Source: Elusimicrobiota bacterium (lineage in GTDB: Bacteria > Elusimicrobiota > Elusimicrobia > UBA1565 > UBA9628). From it: a DNA stretch of 64,000 nucleotides. Below are positions 42,156 to 52,010 of the stretch, piece after piece (the stretch's first letter is position 1; every line of letters starts with the position of its first letter). The translations under genes and the position numbers were made by a program. The stretch lies in assembly GCA_028868375.1 (NCBI GenBank), contig JAGWUP010000003.1:95693-159692 (forward strand), read 5' to 3'. Below the pieces are notes generated by a model, which was not told where the DNA came from, made no database searches, and worked only from the letters and a program-made list of their open reading frames with translations.

Positions 42156-42529
42156 GGGCAGGCGCCGCTCTTATAGGGAGCCGTGCAGACGTCTATTTGG
42201 CAGGCGCTTCCCACCGGGTGGGCGTAGACGCGCGGACTGCCGGAATTGGACGTCAGCACGCAGCCGCAGACGCCGGGATTAGCCGAGCCGGAGAAGCCGC
42301 TGATGGGAGAGCAGACCTTGCCGGAGCCGCCCGAAGCGGCGTTCCAGTCCTGCAAGGCGTTGCTCAACCCGCCGAAATCCTGGAGCTTCTGCCGGGAGCC
42401 GTCGATGGCGCGCTGGGAGGCCGTGTAGCGCAACAGCAGCATCTGGGCCAAGCCGACCGCGATCAGCGCGATGATCAGGGCCGTGACCAGCACGTACACG
42501 AGGATGAAGCCGCCTTGGCGAGATTTCAT
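42152..42529 (-). CDS. PilX/GspK-type minor pilin (no Glu5), short
   Basis: RQGG|FILVYVLVTALII; 6 Cys. Confidence 0.7.
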   Translation of the reverse strand: MKSRQGGFILVYVLVTALIIALIAVGLAQMLLLRYTASQRAIDGSRQKLQDFGGLSNALQDWNAASGGSGKVCSPISGFSGSANPGVCGCVLTSNSGSPRVYAHPVGSACQIDVCTAPYKSGACP

Positions 42530-43236
42530 CAGTCCATGGTGTCGGTATAGGATTTGCTCATGCCGACGCGCAGGTTGTATTTGTAGGAGACGGGAGTCGT
42601 CTGCAGCGGTCCGGTTCCGGCTCCGGAGACCGTGGGGGTGCCCACTCCGATGATGAAGTGCAGCGCCGCGCCCGAGACGCCGTCATCGCGCTCGAAATAG
42701 TAATTGTAACCATCCATTCGATAGAAACCAGGCTTTCCATAGACGACGACCTCCCCGCCCGCCCCGCAGCTCGGCGCGGGTATGGCCCTGGTCGTCGAAC
42801 ACTGAGAATAGCGCATTAATTCCGGGCCCGCCGCCGCGTTGGCCACGCAATAATAAAAGCATTTCACGTTGCCGGAGCCGCTTTGGCAATCCGTCTCGTT
42901 GGGGGCGTTATCGTCGATGCGCTGCCCTCCCGCCGCCGGATCGCCCAGCACGCTCCAATTCGTGCAGGCCGCCAGGACGTCGCCGCGGTTGGAATGTCCC
43001 GTCGCCGCGCAACGGCTGCCGGGGCACTCCAGATCGGTGGCGTCGGCCAAGTCTTTCTTTAAGCGCTGCACGGCGTAAACTGCTCCTCCCGTGCCGCTGC
43101 CCTGCTCGATGGAGTCCATCTGGAACTTGACCATGGAGGTCGCCAGCATCATGACCCCCACCAAGACCAGGGAAGAAAGGGCGAGGGCGACGAGCAGCTC
43201 CAACAAGGAGAAGCCGCAGCGCCCGCGCAAGTTCAT
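42529..43236 (-). CDS. PilW/GspJ-type minor pilin
   Basis: RCG|FSLLELLVALAL, LKKDL; 8 Cys in the mature part. Confidence 0.8.
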   Translation of the reverse strand: MNLRGRCGFSLLELLVALALSSLVLVGVMMLATSMVKFQMDSIEQGSGTGGAVYAVQRLKKDLADATDLECPGSRCAATGHSNRGDVLAACTNWSVLGDPAAGGQRIDDNAPNETDCQSGSGNVKCFYYCVANAAAGPELMRYSQCSTTRAIPAPSCGAGGEVVVYGKPGFYRMDGYNYYFERDDGVSGAALHFIIGVGTPTVSGAGTGPLQTTPVSYKYNLRVGMSKSYTDTMD

Positions 43237-43763
43237 GGCTCGCTCCAATAAGTGAAGACCTGGACCAAGGGGGCGCTGGAGCCGGCGGGATAGGAGACTG
43301 TGTAATAGATGTAGCCGTTATAGGGCGAGGCGCGCAGTTTCGCGGGCATGAAGCACTCGCTCTGCGCAGCCCCCGCCTGGCAGACCAGCGCGTGGCAGCC
43401 GGCCGCCAGGGCATAGCGCGGAGCGGGGCCGTAAATCGTCGTCGAGGAATCGGCGGCGGAGGCGGGCCCGGAGCAGTTATGGTCCACCTGGTTGGCGGTG
43501 GAAATATACCAGGTGGCGGCGCCGGAGCCCGGCGAGGGGCCGTTGATTCCAAAAGCGGAAGCAGCCCCGGAATAATCCCCGCTGACATAGCCTTTGAGCG
43601 CGTCGCTTAAGGCCTGCGCCGCACCGTTCGCCAGCATCTTGCGCTCGGCCTTGCCGCCGCCCTGGCGGCTGGAGAGGGCCACGCTGAAGATGGCGCTGAC
43701 CATCACGGCCGTCAGCAGGATCGAGACGACGACCTCGACCAGGGTATAGCCTCTAGCCTCCAT
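43233..43763 (-). CDS. PilV/GspI-type minor pilin
   Basis: ARG|YTLVEVVVS; C-terminal V.V.TYW. Confidence 0.8.
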   Translation of the reverse strand: MEARGYTLVEVVVSILLTAVMVSAIFSVALSSRQGGGKAERKMLANGAAQALSDALKGYVSGDYSGAASAFGINGPSPGSGAATWYISTANQVDHNCSGPASAADSSTTIYGPAPRYALAAGCHALVCQAGAAQSECFMPAKLRASPYNGYIYYTVSYPAGSSAPLVQVFTYWSEP

Positions 43764-43766
43764 GGC

Positions 43767-44273
43767 CTATTGCGTGGGCGAGGGAGGGGCGTCGCCGCCG
43801 CAAGCGACCGCCGCCCCCCCCATCGTGCAGGTGATGGCGCCGTTTGCGTCCACGTTGTAGCCCCACTGGGTGTAGGGATAGCTCGAGGCGCCAGCGGGGC
43901 CGGAGGTGCGCCGGCGGGCGCAAGCCACGATGCCGGAGCCGCAGGACCCTGGCCCTTCGGAGACGACGTAGGGCTTCTGGTCGTAGTCGGAGGCGGCGAG
44001 GTACTTGCAGTTGACCAGGTCGCAAGCGTTGCCGTTGCCCGCGCAGGAGGCGCTGCCGCAAGAGCTGGTCAGCAGCCCCGAGACATAGGCTCCGTTGTGA
44101 TCGAGGGCATACATCCGGTTGGTCGTGGCCACCATGTTGACCAGGGCGGCCGCGTCGTCCGCCTTGCTGTCCTCCATCGACCTGAGGTAATTGGGGATGG
44201 CGAAAGCGGCGAGAATGCCGATGATCAGGATGACCACCAAGAGCTCCATGAGCGTGAAGCCTTTGGCTTTCAA
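43767..44273 (-). CDS. Type IV pilin (PilE/PilA-like)
   Basis: AKG|FTLMELLVVILIIGILAAFAIPNY; 8 Cys. Confidence 0.9.
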   Translation of the reverse strand: MKAKGFTLMELLVVILIIGILAAFAIPNYLRSMEDSKADDAAALVNMVATTNRMYALDHNGAYVSGLLTSSCGSASCAGNGNACDLVNCKYLAASDYDQKPYVVSEGPGSCGSGIVACARRRTSGPAGASSYPYTQWGYNVDANGAITCTMGGAAVACGGDAPPSPTQ

Positions 44274-45493
44274 TGGGCCCCCATCGTCGACAATTTGAAG
44301 ATCGGCAAGAATACCGCCAGGACGATCACTCCGACCAAGCCTCCGATGCCGACCACCAGGATGGGATCGATGATGGCGGTGAAGCGCCGGGTGAACTGGT
44401 CGATTTGCTCCCGGTAGAATACGGAGAGGGTGGCGAGCATGTCCGGCAGCCTGCCGGATTCCTCTCCCATGAACATCATCTCCGTGACCAACGGCGGCAA
44501 TTGCCCCGCCCTGCGGAAGGCCGCGGAAATCGACTTGCCCCCGGCCACGTCGTCGCGCACTTGGCGCAGCATCGCCGCGAAGAGGATGTTCCCGCCGAAG
44601 ACCCCTTCCAGCACGGCGATGGCGTTGAGGATGCTGACCCCGGACTCGATCAAAGTCGAGAGAGTCGTCAGCAAACGCTCGATCATGACGTTATGGATGA
44701 ATTCGCCGAAGAAGGGAACGGCGAAGATCAGCCTCCATTTCGCGGTCTTGCCGGCGTCCGTGGAGGCGTAGGCTTCCCAAGCGATCCAGGCCGCCGCCCC
44801 CGCGAAGACCAAGGCCCAGAGATGATGGACCACGAGATTGGAGACCCCGATGATAAGGATCGTCAGCGGCGGAAGCTTGACCCGGAAGCTCTTGAAGATG
44901 CCGGAAAAGACGGGAACGATCTTGATGATGAAGAAAGCCAGCACGCCCAGCGACATGCAGGCCAGCACCGAGGGATACGCCAGGGCGGTCACGACCTTGC
45001 CGGTCAGCTCGGCTTGGGCCGCCAAGTAGGCGCCGATCTGCTTGAGGACCTTGGGCAACTGCCCCCCCAGCTCGCCCGCCTGCACCAGGGAGACCCAAAG
45101 GGTGTTGAAGACCTTGGGATGCCGCTCCAGGGCCTTGTAGAGGGCCGTGCCGCTGGCCACGTCCTTGGTCACCTGGGCGAGGGCGTCATGGAGGCCCTTG
45201 GAGCTGGAATGCTCACCCAGCAGGGAGAGGGCCCGCACCAGCGGCACGCCGCCGTTCAGCAGGGTCGACAACTGCTCGGCGAAGAAGACCAGGTCCCTGG
45301 TGCCGACCCCCCGACCGCCCAATGCCTTGCCCAAAGCGCTCGCCGGCGCGGACTTTTCCGCGTTCAACGCCAGGATGAAGTAGCCCTTTCCCTGAAGAGC
45401 CTCTATCGCCTCGTTCTCGTCATTGGCCTCGAAAACACCCGAGGCGGTCTCTCCCTTGGCGTCTTGAACGGTATAGGAATAGCGCGCCATCAC
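44270..45493 (-). CDS. pilC: Pilus/T2SS inner-membrane platform protein (PilC/GspF)
   Basis: QLSTLLNGGVPL, HPKVF, AGELGG.L, ALAYP, LPPLT, GEESGRL, LPIF. Confidence 0.93.
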   Translation of the reverse strand: MMARYSYTVQDAKGETASGVFEANDENEAIEALQGKGYFILALNAEKSAPASALGKALGGRGVGTRDLVFFAEQLSTLLNGGVPLVRALSLLGEHSSSKGLHDALAQVTKDVASGTALYKALERHPKVFNTLWVSLVQAGELGGQLPKVLKQIGAYLAAQAELTGKVVTALAYPSVLACMSLGVLAFFIIKIVPVFSGIFKSFRVKLPPLTILIIGVSNLVVHHLWALVFAGAAAWIAWEAYASTDAGKTAKWRLIFAVPFFGEFIHNVMIERLLTTLSTLIESGVSILNAIAVLEGVFGGNILFAAMLRQVRDDVAGGKSISAAFRRAGQLPPLVTEMMFMGEESGRLPDMLATLSVFYREQIDQFTRRFTAIIDPILVVGIGGLVGVIVLAVFLPIFKLSTMGAH

Positions 45494-47241
45494 TCCTCCA
45501 CCGTCACCGACAGGACTTCATCGGAGCTGGTCAGTCCGGCCAACACCTTTCGCCAAGCGCTGGCGCGCAGGCTCCACATCCCGCTGCGGGCCGCGATCTC
45601 GCGCAATTTCGCCAGGTCCCCGCCGTGCTTATAGATCGACTCCCGCATCTCCTGCGTCATGAGATAGACCTCATAGACCGCCCTCCTGCCCAAGTAGCCG
45701 GTGCGCGCGCAGCGCTCGCAGCCCTGCGGCTGGTAGAATGTGATGGCGGCGGCATCCGGGAACTTGTCGGCCAGCATCGACTCCTCCCGGCAGCGCTCAA
45801 GCTCCGCGCCCCCGGGCTTGTAGGGCTTTTTGCAGCCGGGGCAGAGCAGCCGCACCAGCCGCTGCGCGGCGACCAAGTGCAGGGAGTTGGCCAGCAGGAA
45901 GGGCTCGATGCCCATGTCGATCAAGCGCACGACCGTGGAGATCGCGTCGTTGGTGTGCAAAGTCGAGAGCACCAGATGCCCGGTCAGCGCCGCGCGCAGG
46001 CAGGTCTGCGCGGTCTCCTGATCGCGCACCTCTCCGACGAGGATGACGTCCGGGTCCTGGCGCAGGAAGGAGCGCAGTGCGGCGGCGAAGGTCAAGCCGA
46101 TGGAGGAGTGCACCTGGACCTGGTTGAGCCCCTCCATCTTGATCTCGACGGGATCCTCGATCGTCATGAAATTCATGTCCGCAGACTTGATGGTGTTGAG
46201 GACGGAGTAGAGGGTGGTCGTCTTTCCGGAGCCCGTGGGCCCGGTCAGGAAGATCAGCCCGTGCGGCCGGCGCGCCGCCTTGAGAAAGTCCTCCTTCTGC
46301 CGCGGCTCGAAGCCGATCTTGTCTATGTCCAATTCCACCGACCCCTTGTCGAGCACGCGCATCACCACCTTCTCTCCGAAGACCGTCGGGCAGATCGAGA
46401 CGCGCAGGTCGATCGTGCGGTTCTGCACCCGAATGGAAAACTGCCCGTCCTGCGGCAGGCGGCGCTCGGCGATGTCGAGCTTGGACAGAATCTTGATGCG
46501 CGAGATCAGGGCGTTGAAGGCGGAGCGCTGCGGTGCGGGGCGCTCGTAGAGGACGCCGTCGATGCGAAAACGCAGCTGCACCGCCTCGTCGTAGCTTTCC
46601 AGGTGGATGTCGGAGCAGCGCTCGGAGATCGCTTGCTTGAGGATGGCGTTGACCAGGGAAACGACGTTGGCCTGCTTGCCGGAAGGCGTATGATCGAGGT
46701 CCAGCACGCGCTCGGCCTCATCCGGGTTCTCCTCGCTCTCTCCCGCGCCCACGCCGGCCTTCTCCTGCATCCGCATCGTCTTGGCGATCGCCCCCCCGCC
46801 GGCGGAGTAAAGCTCGTCGATCGCGTTGAGGATCTGGCTCTTGGTGGCGATGAAGGCCTGGATGTCCTTCTGCGTCATCACCCGGAGATTGTCCTGCAGC
46901 AGCATGTCGTCCGGGGCGCTCATCGCCACCGCCAGGACGTTCTCTTCCAGGAAAAGAGGGACGATGAGATGCTCCCTTGCGAAGCTCTCGGGAACGATCC
47001 GCTCCAAAGCCTGCGAGCGCTCCACTCTGAGAATCTTGTTCTCGCGAGAGGCGTAGGGAACGTGCAGGTGCCTGGAGACGGCGACCGCTATGGCCTCCTC
47101 CGAGGCCAGTCCCAGTTTGACGACGGCGTCGGCGAGCGGCAAGCGGGACTGGGCCGCGGCGTTGGCGGCCTTATCCCTCTGCTCCTCGCTGAGCAACCCT
47201 GCCGTCACGAGGATCTCACCCAGCTGCGGATTCCCCCTCAT
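45490..47241 (-). CDS. pilB: Pilus assembly ATPase (PilB/GspE)
   Basis: LGEILV (MshEN-like), SDIHLE, LDIAERRLPQDG, GPTGSGKTTTLY, EDPVE, LRQDPD, TGHLVLSTLHTN, CxxC pairs. Confidence 0.94.
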   Translation of the reverse strand: MRGNPQLGEILVTAGLLSEEQRDKAANAAAQSRLPLADAVVKLGLASEEAIAVAVSRHLHVPYASRENKILRVERSQALERIVPESFAREHLIVPLFLEENVLAVAMSAPDDMLLQDNLRVMTQKDIQAFIATKSQILNAIDELYSAGGGAIAKTMRMQEKAGVGAGESEENPDEAERVLDLDHTPSGKQANVVSLVNAILKQAISERCSDIHLESYDEAVQLRFRIDGVLYERPAPQRSAFNALISRIKILSKLDIAERRLPQDGQFSIRVQNRTIDLRVSICPTVFGEKVVMRVLDKGSVELDIDKIGFEPRQKEDFLKAARRPHGLIFLTGPTGSGKTTTLYSVLNTIKSADMNFMTIEDPVEIKMEGLNQVQVHSSIGLTFAAALRSFLRQDPDVILVGEVRDQETAQTCLRAALTGHLVLSTLHTNDAISTVVRLIDMGIEPFLLANSLHLVAAQRLVRLLCPGCKKPYKPGGAELERCREESMLADKFPDAAAITFYQPQGCERCARTGYLGRRAVYEVYLMTQEMRESIYKHGGDLAKLREIAARSGMWSLRASAWRKVLAGLTSSDEVLSVTVEE

Positions 47242-47286
47242 GCGCTTGAAGTATACCTCCGGGCTCCGAGGTGTCAAGCCCGCCGC

Positions 47287-49062
47287 TTAGTCGTTGACGA
47301 TGGTCGGAGTGATGAAGATGACCAGATCGAGGTTGTCGTGCTCGTCCGTGGTCGAGGTGAAGAGCCAGCCGATCAAGGGGATATAGCCCAGGAAAGGCAC
47401 CTTGCGCACGACCTTGGTCTCCTCGGATTGGAGCAGTCCGCCGAGGACCAGGGTCTGGCCGTTCTTGACCCTAACCAGAGTGGAGGCGCCGCGCGTGACG
47501 GCGTCGAATACCTTGTTGGTGGCCGTGCTGATCGCCGAGGCCTGCGTGGCGGTGAAGGAAGGCTGGACCAGCATCGTGATGTAGCCGTCCTTGTTGACTT
47601 GGGGGGTGACCTTGAGGATCAAGCCGGTCTGCGTGCGCTCGACCGTCTGGCCGCTGGTCCCGAGATTGCCGCCCACGCTGGTCTGGGTGGTCTGTATCGA
47701 GGTCGCCTCGTTGCGCGCGATCTGGATGATGGCGGTCTTATTGTTGAGAGTCAGGATCTTCGGCTTGCCCAAGAAGCGCGCCTCCGAGCGCTGGACCAAG
47801 GCGCGCAGGGTGACCTGGAGCGAGGTCAAGTCCAGCACGCTGGTCTTGACGAAGCTCTGACCCGTCAACAGGGCGGTGCCGGCGGTGGAGCCAGCCGAGC
47901 TGGAGGAGCCGGCGTTGCCGAGCGTGCTGATGATGGAGCCCGGACCGGTGGGGTCGAGAAAGCGCGTGCGCCCGAGATTGTTGGGCAAGACGAGAGGAAA
48001 ACTGGTGTCGCGCGCCCCGCCCGTGAAGGTCGCCAGCTCCCCGTTGGGGCCGCCCCAATCGAAGCCCAGGTCCTTGGCCCTCGTCGAGTCGATCTCGACG
48101 ATCTGGGCCTCGATCATGACCTGCGGCGCCTTGCGGTCCAGCTCGGCGATGATCTGCTCGACCTGCGGGAAGACCTCGGGGATGTCGGTGACGATTAAAG
48201 AGTTCGTGCGCGGCTCGATGGACACCTTGCCGTTCTTGGAAAGGATGGAACGGATCACCGGGACGATGGCGATGCGAGAGCTCGCGTTCGATTCCGTCCC
48301 GTTGCCGGCGCCGCCGCCGGAAAGGCCCTGCATCCCCATCCCCTGGCTGCCGGAGGGGCCTCCGAACTGCGTGATCCCTCCGGAGTTGCTGCTCTGCGGG
48401 GTCAGCGCCGACTGCTCCGCGCGCGAGGTTTCCAGCGGGATGAGCGGTATATAGGACAGGGTATAGATGCGCGTGATCAGGTTCTCGACGCTCTTGGAGC
48501 GCGGGGAGACGATGTAGGTATTGCTGTCGCCGACCCGCTCGTAGGTCAAGCCCTTGATCTCCAGCAAGACCTGAAGGGCCTCGCGCACCGTGACGTTCTG
48601 CAAAAATGCCGTGACCCGCTTGGACTCAAGGCCCTCGGTGATGATGAAGTTGACCTTGGCCTGCGCCGAGATCGTGTCCAGGAAAGTCGCCAAGGGAGCG
48701 TTCTTGACGCGCACGGTCACCCGCGTGTCGAGCGTCGAGACTTTCTCCGGCGCCGCCGGCGCCGGCGCGCTCGTGCCGATCTGGACGCCTTGAACGGGAC
48801 GCTCGGTCGAAAATCCTTGGGGAGAGGCCAGCGCCGCGGCTTGAGCCGCCGCCTGGTCCAGGGGAGCCCCCGACAGGGCTCCGGCCGTTCCCGAGCTCTG
48901 GAGGTTTTGCTGGAAAGACGGATTGGCCTCAGGCTCGGCGCTGCGGGACTGCGCCCATGCGGGAGCCGCCGTGCCCGAAGCCAGGGCCGCCGCCAGCAGG
49001 CAAGCAAGGACGCGCTGGAACGTCCGCCCCCAGTCCGCCAAGATGTCGATCAACGTTGTCAT
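47287..49062 (-). CDS. Outer-membrane secretin (PilQ/GspD family)
   Basis: STN/N domains, RTNSLIVTD, QVMIEAQIVE, GLILKVTPQV, VKNGQTLVLGGL, KVPFLG.IPLIGWLF, LVIFITPTI. Confidence 0.92.
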   Translation of the reverse strand: MTTLIDILADWGRTFQRVLACLLAAALASGTAAPAWAQSRSAEPEANPSFQQNLQSSGTAGALSGAPLDQAAAQAAALASPQGFSTERPVQGVQIGTSAPAPAAPEKVSTLDTRVTVRVKNAPLATFLDTISAQAKVNFIITEGLESKRVTAFLQNVTVREALQVLLEIKGLTYERVGDSNTYIVSPRSKSVENLITRIYTLSYIPLIPLETSRAEQSALTPQSSNSGGITQFGGPSGSQGMGMQGLSGGGAGNGTESNASSRIAIVPVIRSILSKNGKVSIEPRTNSLIVTDIPEVFPQVEQIIAELDRKAPQVMIEAQIVEIDSTRAKDLGFDWGGPNGELATFTGGARDTSFPLVLPNNLGRTRFLDPTGPGSIISTLGNAGSSSSAGSTAGTALLTGQSFVKTSVLDLTSLQVTLRALVQRSEARFLGKPKILTLNNKTAIIQIARNEATSIQTTQTSVGGNLGTSGQTVERTQTGLILKVTPQVNKDGYITMLVQPSFTATQASAISTATNKVFDAVTRGASTLVRVKNGQTLVLGGLLQSEETKVVRKVPFLGYIPLIGWLFTSTTDEHDNLDLVIFITPTIVND

Positions 49063-49073
49063 AGGGCCTCCGG

Positions 49074-49808
49074 CTATTTTCCGACGCTCTTGATGAACCT
49101 CTTATTTCGATACGAGAAAACGACTTCCGACTGAGTGATCTTGAGGACCTTGACCCCGGCGATCGTATCCCCCGCGGCTACGGTCTGCCCGTTGACGATC
49201 GCCCGCCCTCCGCCGCCCTTGATGGCGATGATGCCCTGAAGCTCGACTCGTTCCGCTCCCGTTAGCTCGCGGCGGCGCCGAACCCGCTGGCTCGGGCGCT
49301 TGGCCCGCCGGCCGCCGCTGCGGCGCAGCGCCTCGGCCTGGGCAAGCTCGAGCCTATCGGCGGGCGAGAGCATCGGGTCGCGCGGCAACTCGACGGAAAA
49401 ATCCGGGGCGGCCGGCGACGCCGGCGTCGCCGGCGTCGCCGACACGACGCTCATCGTCTGTGGGACCGAGGCCGGCTTGCGCGCCGGCGGCCGCTCGGGC
49501 GCGGGGGGCGCCGACGGTGCTGGAACGGAAACTTTGACGCTCCGCCGCGCGGGTTGAGCGGGCTGAGCGGGCCGACGCAGCTGCGCGGCGGCCGCTTGAG
49601 TCGCCGCGACGATGGGGTTGCGCAAGCGGGCTTGATCGGGAGCGTCTCCGAAGATCGGTTCTCCATTCGGCAAGCTTCGCCGCACCCCCCGCCGCAGTTC
49701 GGCCGTGCTTTGATGGTTCAAGCGAGCGTGCCAGTTGTAGAAGAGAAATCCGGGCACCGCCAGCACCGCGATCAAAATCAGCCAGGCCGGAGAAAATTTA
49801 ATCGCCAT
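49074..49808 (-). CDS. PilP/GspC-like alignment protein
   Basis: N-terminal TM, Pro/Ala linker, RDPM motif, LQGII...AIVNG...GDTI.G.KVLKI. Confidence 0.7.
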   Translation of the reverse strand: MAIKFSPAWLILIAVLAVPGFLFYNWHARLNHQSTAELRRGVRRSLPNGEPIFGDAPDQARLRNPIVAATQAAAAQLRRPAQPAQPARRSVKVSVPAPSAPPAPERPPARKPASVPQTMSVVSATPATPASPAAPDFSVELPRDPMLSPADRLELAQAEALRRSGGRRAKRPSQRVRRRRELTGAERVELQGIIAIKGGGGRAIVNGQTVAAGDTIAGVKVLKITQSEVVFSYRNKRFIKSVGK

Positions 49809-50379
49809 GGGCCAGGGCCTGGAGCGGTATGATGGTGCTGATGCCGGCGGACACCGAGTACGTGCCGACGCCCGCGCCCTTGACGACGTCGAGCGAGGAG
49901 ATATGGAGGTATGGGCGGTGGGCTTCCACGCGAGCCAGCCACGGCAGCAATTGGGCAAAACCGGCCTGCAGTGAAACGGTGATCTTCTGGTAGCGCAAGC
50001 CGGCCTCCACGGATTCCTCCGGGGGCTGGATGGATTCGGAAGTCAGCCCGGAAGAACGCAGGGTCTCCACGATCGCGTCGGTGAGGAAATGATCCTTGCT
50101 TTCCGGCCCCGGCAAGACGGCGGCGGCGGCGTCGAACTGGAGCCGGGCCTGCTCGAAGGAGTCGGCGCTCTGCGCGATCGCTTGGACTGAGAGCAGGCGA
50201 GCCTGCAGGACTCCCAGCTTCCTTTTCGGAGCGCTCGCCAGCATCGCGCCGGCGAGCAGAAGACCGGCGCAGAGCAACAGGACGCGCTCGAAGCGCTTGC
50301 GTCCCTTGGCCTTGAGCAGCCCGAAGATGAAGGAGACCTCCTCGATCAAGGAGCTGGCGGCGAGACGCGGATCGATCAC
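49798..50379 (-). CDS. PilO/GspM-like protein
   Basis: TM plus coiled coil, LP...., ITVSLQAGFAQL..WLARVE...I.SL.V; position in the operon. Confidence 0.7.
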   Translation of the reverse strand: MIDPRLAASSLIEEVSFIFGLLKAKGRKRFERVLLLCAGLLLAGAMLASAPKRKLGVLQARLLSVQAIAQSADSFEQARLQFDAAAAVLPGPESKDHFLTDAIVETLRSSGLTSESIQPPEESVEAGLRYQKITVSLQAGFAQLLPWLARVEAHRPYLHISSLDVVKGAGVGTYSVSAGISTIIPLQALAHGD

Positions 50380-52010
50380 TGCCCCTTCTCCTTCATCGTC
50401 ACCTGGAAAGAAGTACGCTCCTCCAGGCGCCGGCGCAGGATGTCGGGGGCGACCCCCTGCTGCTTGGCGTCGACCGCCTTGCCGGACAAGGCGATCTGTA
50501 CGTCGCCGAAAGTCTTGGCGAGCTCCGGAGTCTTAAGCAGCTGCTGGCGGAACGCGAAGGCCATGTCCTGCTCGGCCGCGACGCTGGGCCCCTGGGCGCG
50601 CCCCGAGAGGATGATCTCCGGGGAGTCCTCCATCATATCCTGCCGCCGCAGGGGGCTGTTTACTTTCAGCTCCGTCAACCAAAGATTATCCGGCATCGCC
50701 TTGACGATATCCTGAATCAGGGCCGTCGTCTTTGGAGCATGGCGAAGGGCCAGGCTGGCCGCTTGGGCCTGGCCGCCCATTTTATCCAGCAGGGCGGCGA
50801 TCTGGGTCTGGCTCTTGCCCTGAAAAGCGGCCGCGGCCATGGGAGGAATCTGCTCGCGGCGCAAGCGACGTTCCAAGGAGCGGCAGTCAAGAAAGCGCCA
50901 AGCCCCGAGCAAGGACAGGAAGAGGGCGATCGCCGAGGAAACCGCCAGCAGGTCGCGGGCCGCGCGGCGCTCGTCTTCTCCGACGCGGCCGATCCGGCCG
51001 AGATCCAGGGTGATCGCGGAGGGAGTAGACAGTCTCAAGGAAGCGCCGATCGCGGCATAGCCGCCCCAATCGCAAGCCTTGACTCCGAGCCGACGCGGCA
51101 AGTCCTGAGCCTGCGCCGGCATGCCGAGCTCGCTGGAAAAAGCGTCGCTCCATTGCTTTAAGTCCGGAGCATTCCCGCTGAGCAGCAATTGAGACTGAAC
51201 CCTGGAGGAAAGCTGTTTTTGGGCGAACCTGACGCAGCCGGAGAGGTCGATCTTGCGCTGGTCGGACAGGGATGCCTCGGCGCCGAGGAAAAGCTCGCGG
51301 AAGAAAATGGGCAGGCCCCTGTCCGCCAGAAGGATGCGGATGTTTCCGCCGTCGAAATGCACCTGGCCGTAGGCCGAGCCCGAGCGGCCGGGATCCAGGG
51401 TCTCCAAGAGGCGCAGGACGGAACAAGGGGCCACCTCCAGGCCGAGCAGGGTCAAGCCCAGCTTGTCGAGCAGGCTGGTGACGCTGAGAACGGTCTTTCG
51501 CTGCGCCACCGCCACCAGAGCGCCCTGCCTGGGCCTGTCCTGAACGTCCGGCGGCAAGGAGGCGACCTGAAAGTCATGGCTCAAGGAATCCAGCGGGATC
51601 GGGATGTATTTCTTGGCCTCCAGCAGCACGGCCGCGCTCCAGAAACGGGAGGCGATGGACGGCATGGTGAAATAGCGCAGCAGGCCCAACTGATGGGAGA
51701 GGGTGACGAAGACCCTCTTCGAGCTCCAGCGGACCTGCGAGAGCGATTGCTTCAGCGCGGCGAACAGCCTCCCCTCCTCCCCGAGGGTCTCGGCGCTCAG
51801 GGTCCCCGTGGCCGCGGAGGAGAGAGGCTTGTCCGCGGCGGGCAACGGCACGCGCAGCAAATGTTCGACGGCCACCGCGCCGGCATCCAGGCGCGCCTGG
51901 CAAACATAGATCATCTCCGGGCTCAAATAAAGCCCCAGGGCGGGCCCCGGCTTGGAGGGCGCCTTGCCGAAGGCGACGCGGTCGATCCAGTCGTCCAGGG
52001 AAGGCATCAT
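50376..52010 (-). CDS. PilM-PilN fusion (GspL-like architecture)
   Basis: Actin-like PilM motifs (EAKKYIPIP...DFQ, LEVAPCSVLR, LLSG), then ITLDL, a TM and PilN-like MPDNLWLTEL...LSG.A. Confidence 0.75.
   Translation of the reverse strand: MMPSLDDWIDRVAFGKAPSKPGPALGLYLSPEMIYVCQARLDAGAVAVEHLLRVPLPAADKPLSSAATGTLSAETLGEEGRLFAALKQSLSQVRWSSKRVFVTLSHQLGLLRYFTMPSIASRFWSAAVLLEAKKYIPIPLDSLSHDFQVASLPPDVQDRPRQGALVAVAQRKTVLSVTSLLDKLGLTLLGLEVAPCSVLRLLETLDPGRSGSAYGQVHFDGGNIRILLADRGLPIFFRELFLGAEASLSDQRKIDLSGCVRFAQKQLSSRVQSQLLLSGNAPDLKQWSDAFSSELGMPAQAQDLPRRLGVKACDWGGYAAIGASLRLSTPSAITLDLGRIGRVGEDERRAARDLLAVSSAIALFLSLLGAWRFLDCRSLERRLRREQIPPMAAAAFQGKSQTQIAALLDKMGGQAQAASLALRHAPKTTALIQDIVKAMPDNLWLTELKVNSPLRRQDMMEDSPEIILSGRAQGPSVAAEQDMAFAFRQQLLKTPELAKTFGDVQIALSGKAVDAKQQGVAPDILRRRLEERTSFQVTMKEKGQ

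Noticed and set aside
45625-48198. 857-aa plus-strand ORF and many other long antisense ORFs (for example 1634-3115, 3353-4678, 37703-39397)
   Set aside because: Shadow ORFs opposite well-supported genes, as expected from high GC3; no motifs of their own.
49410-49570. Short tandem repeats (CCGGCGTCG, GCGGGCTGA-like)
   Set aside because: They encode the Pro/Ala linker of the PilP-like protein; not a CRISPR or functional repeat array.
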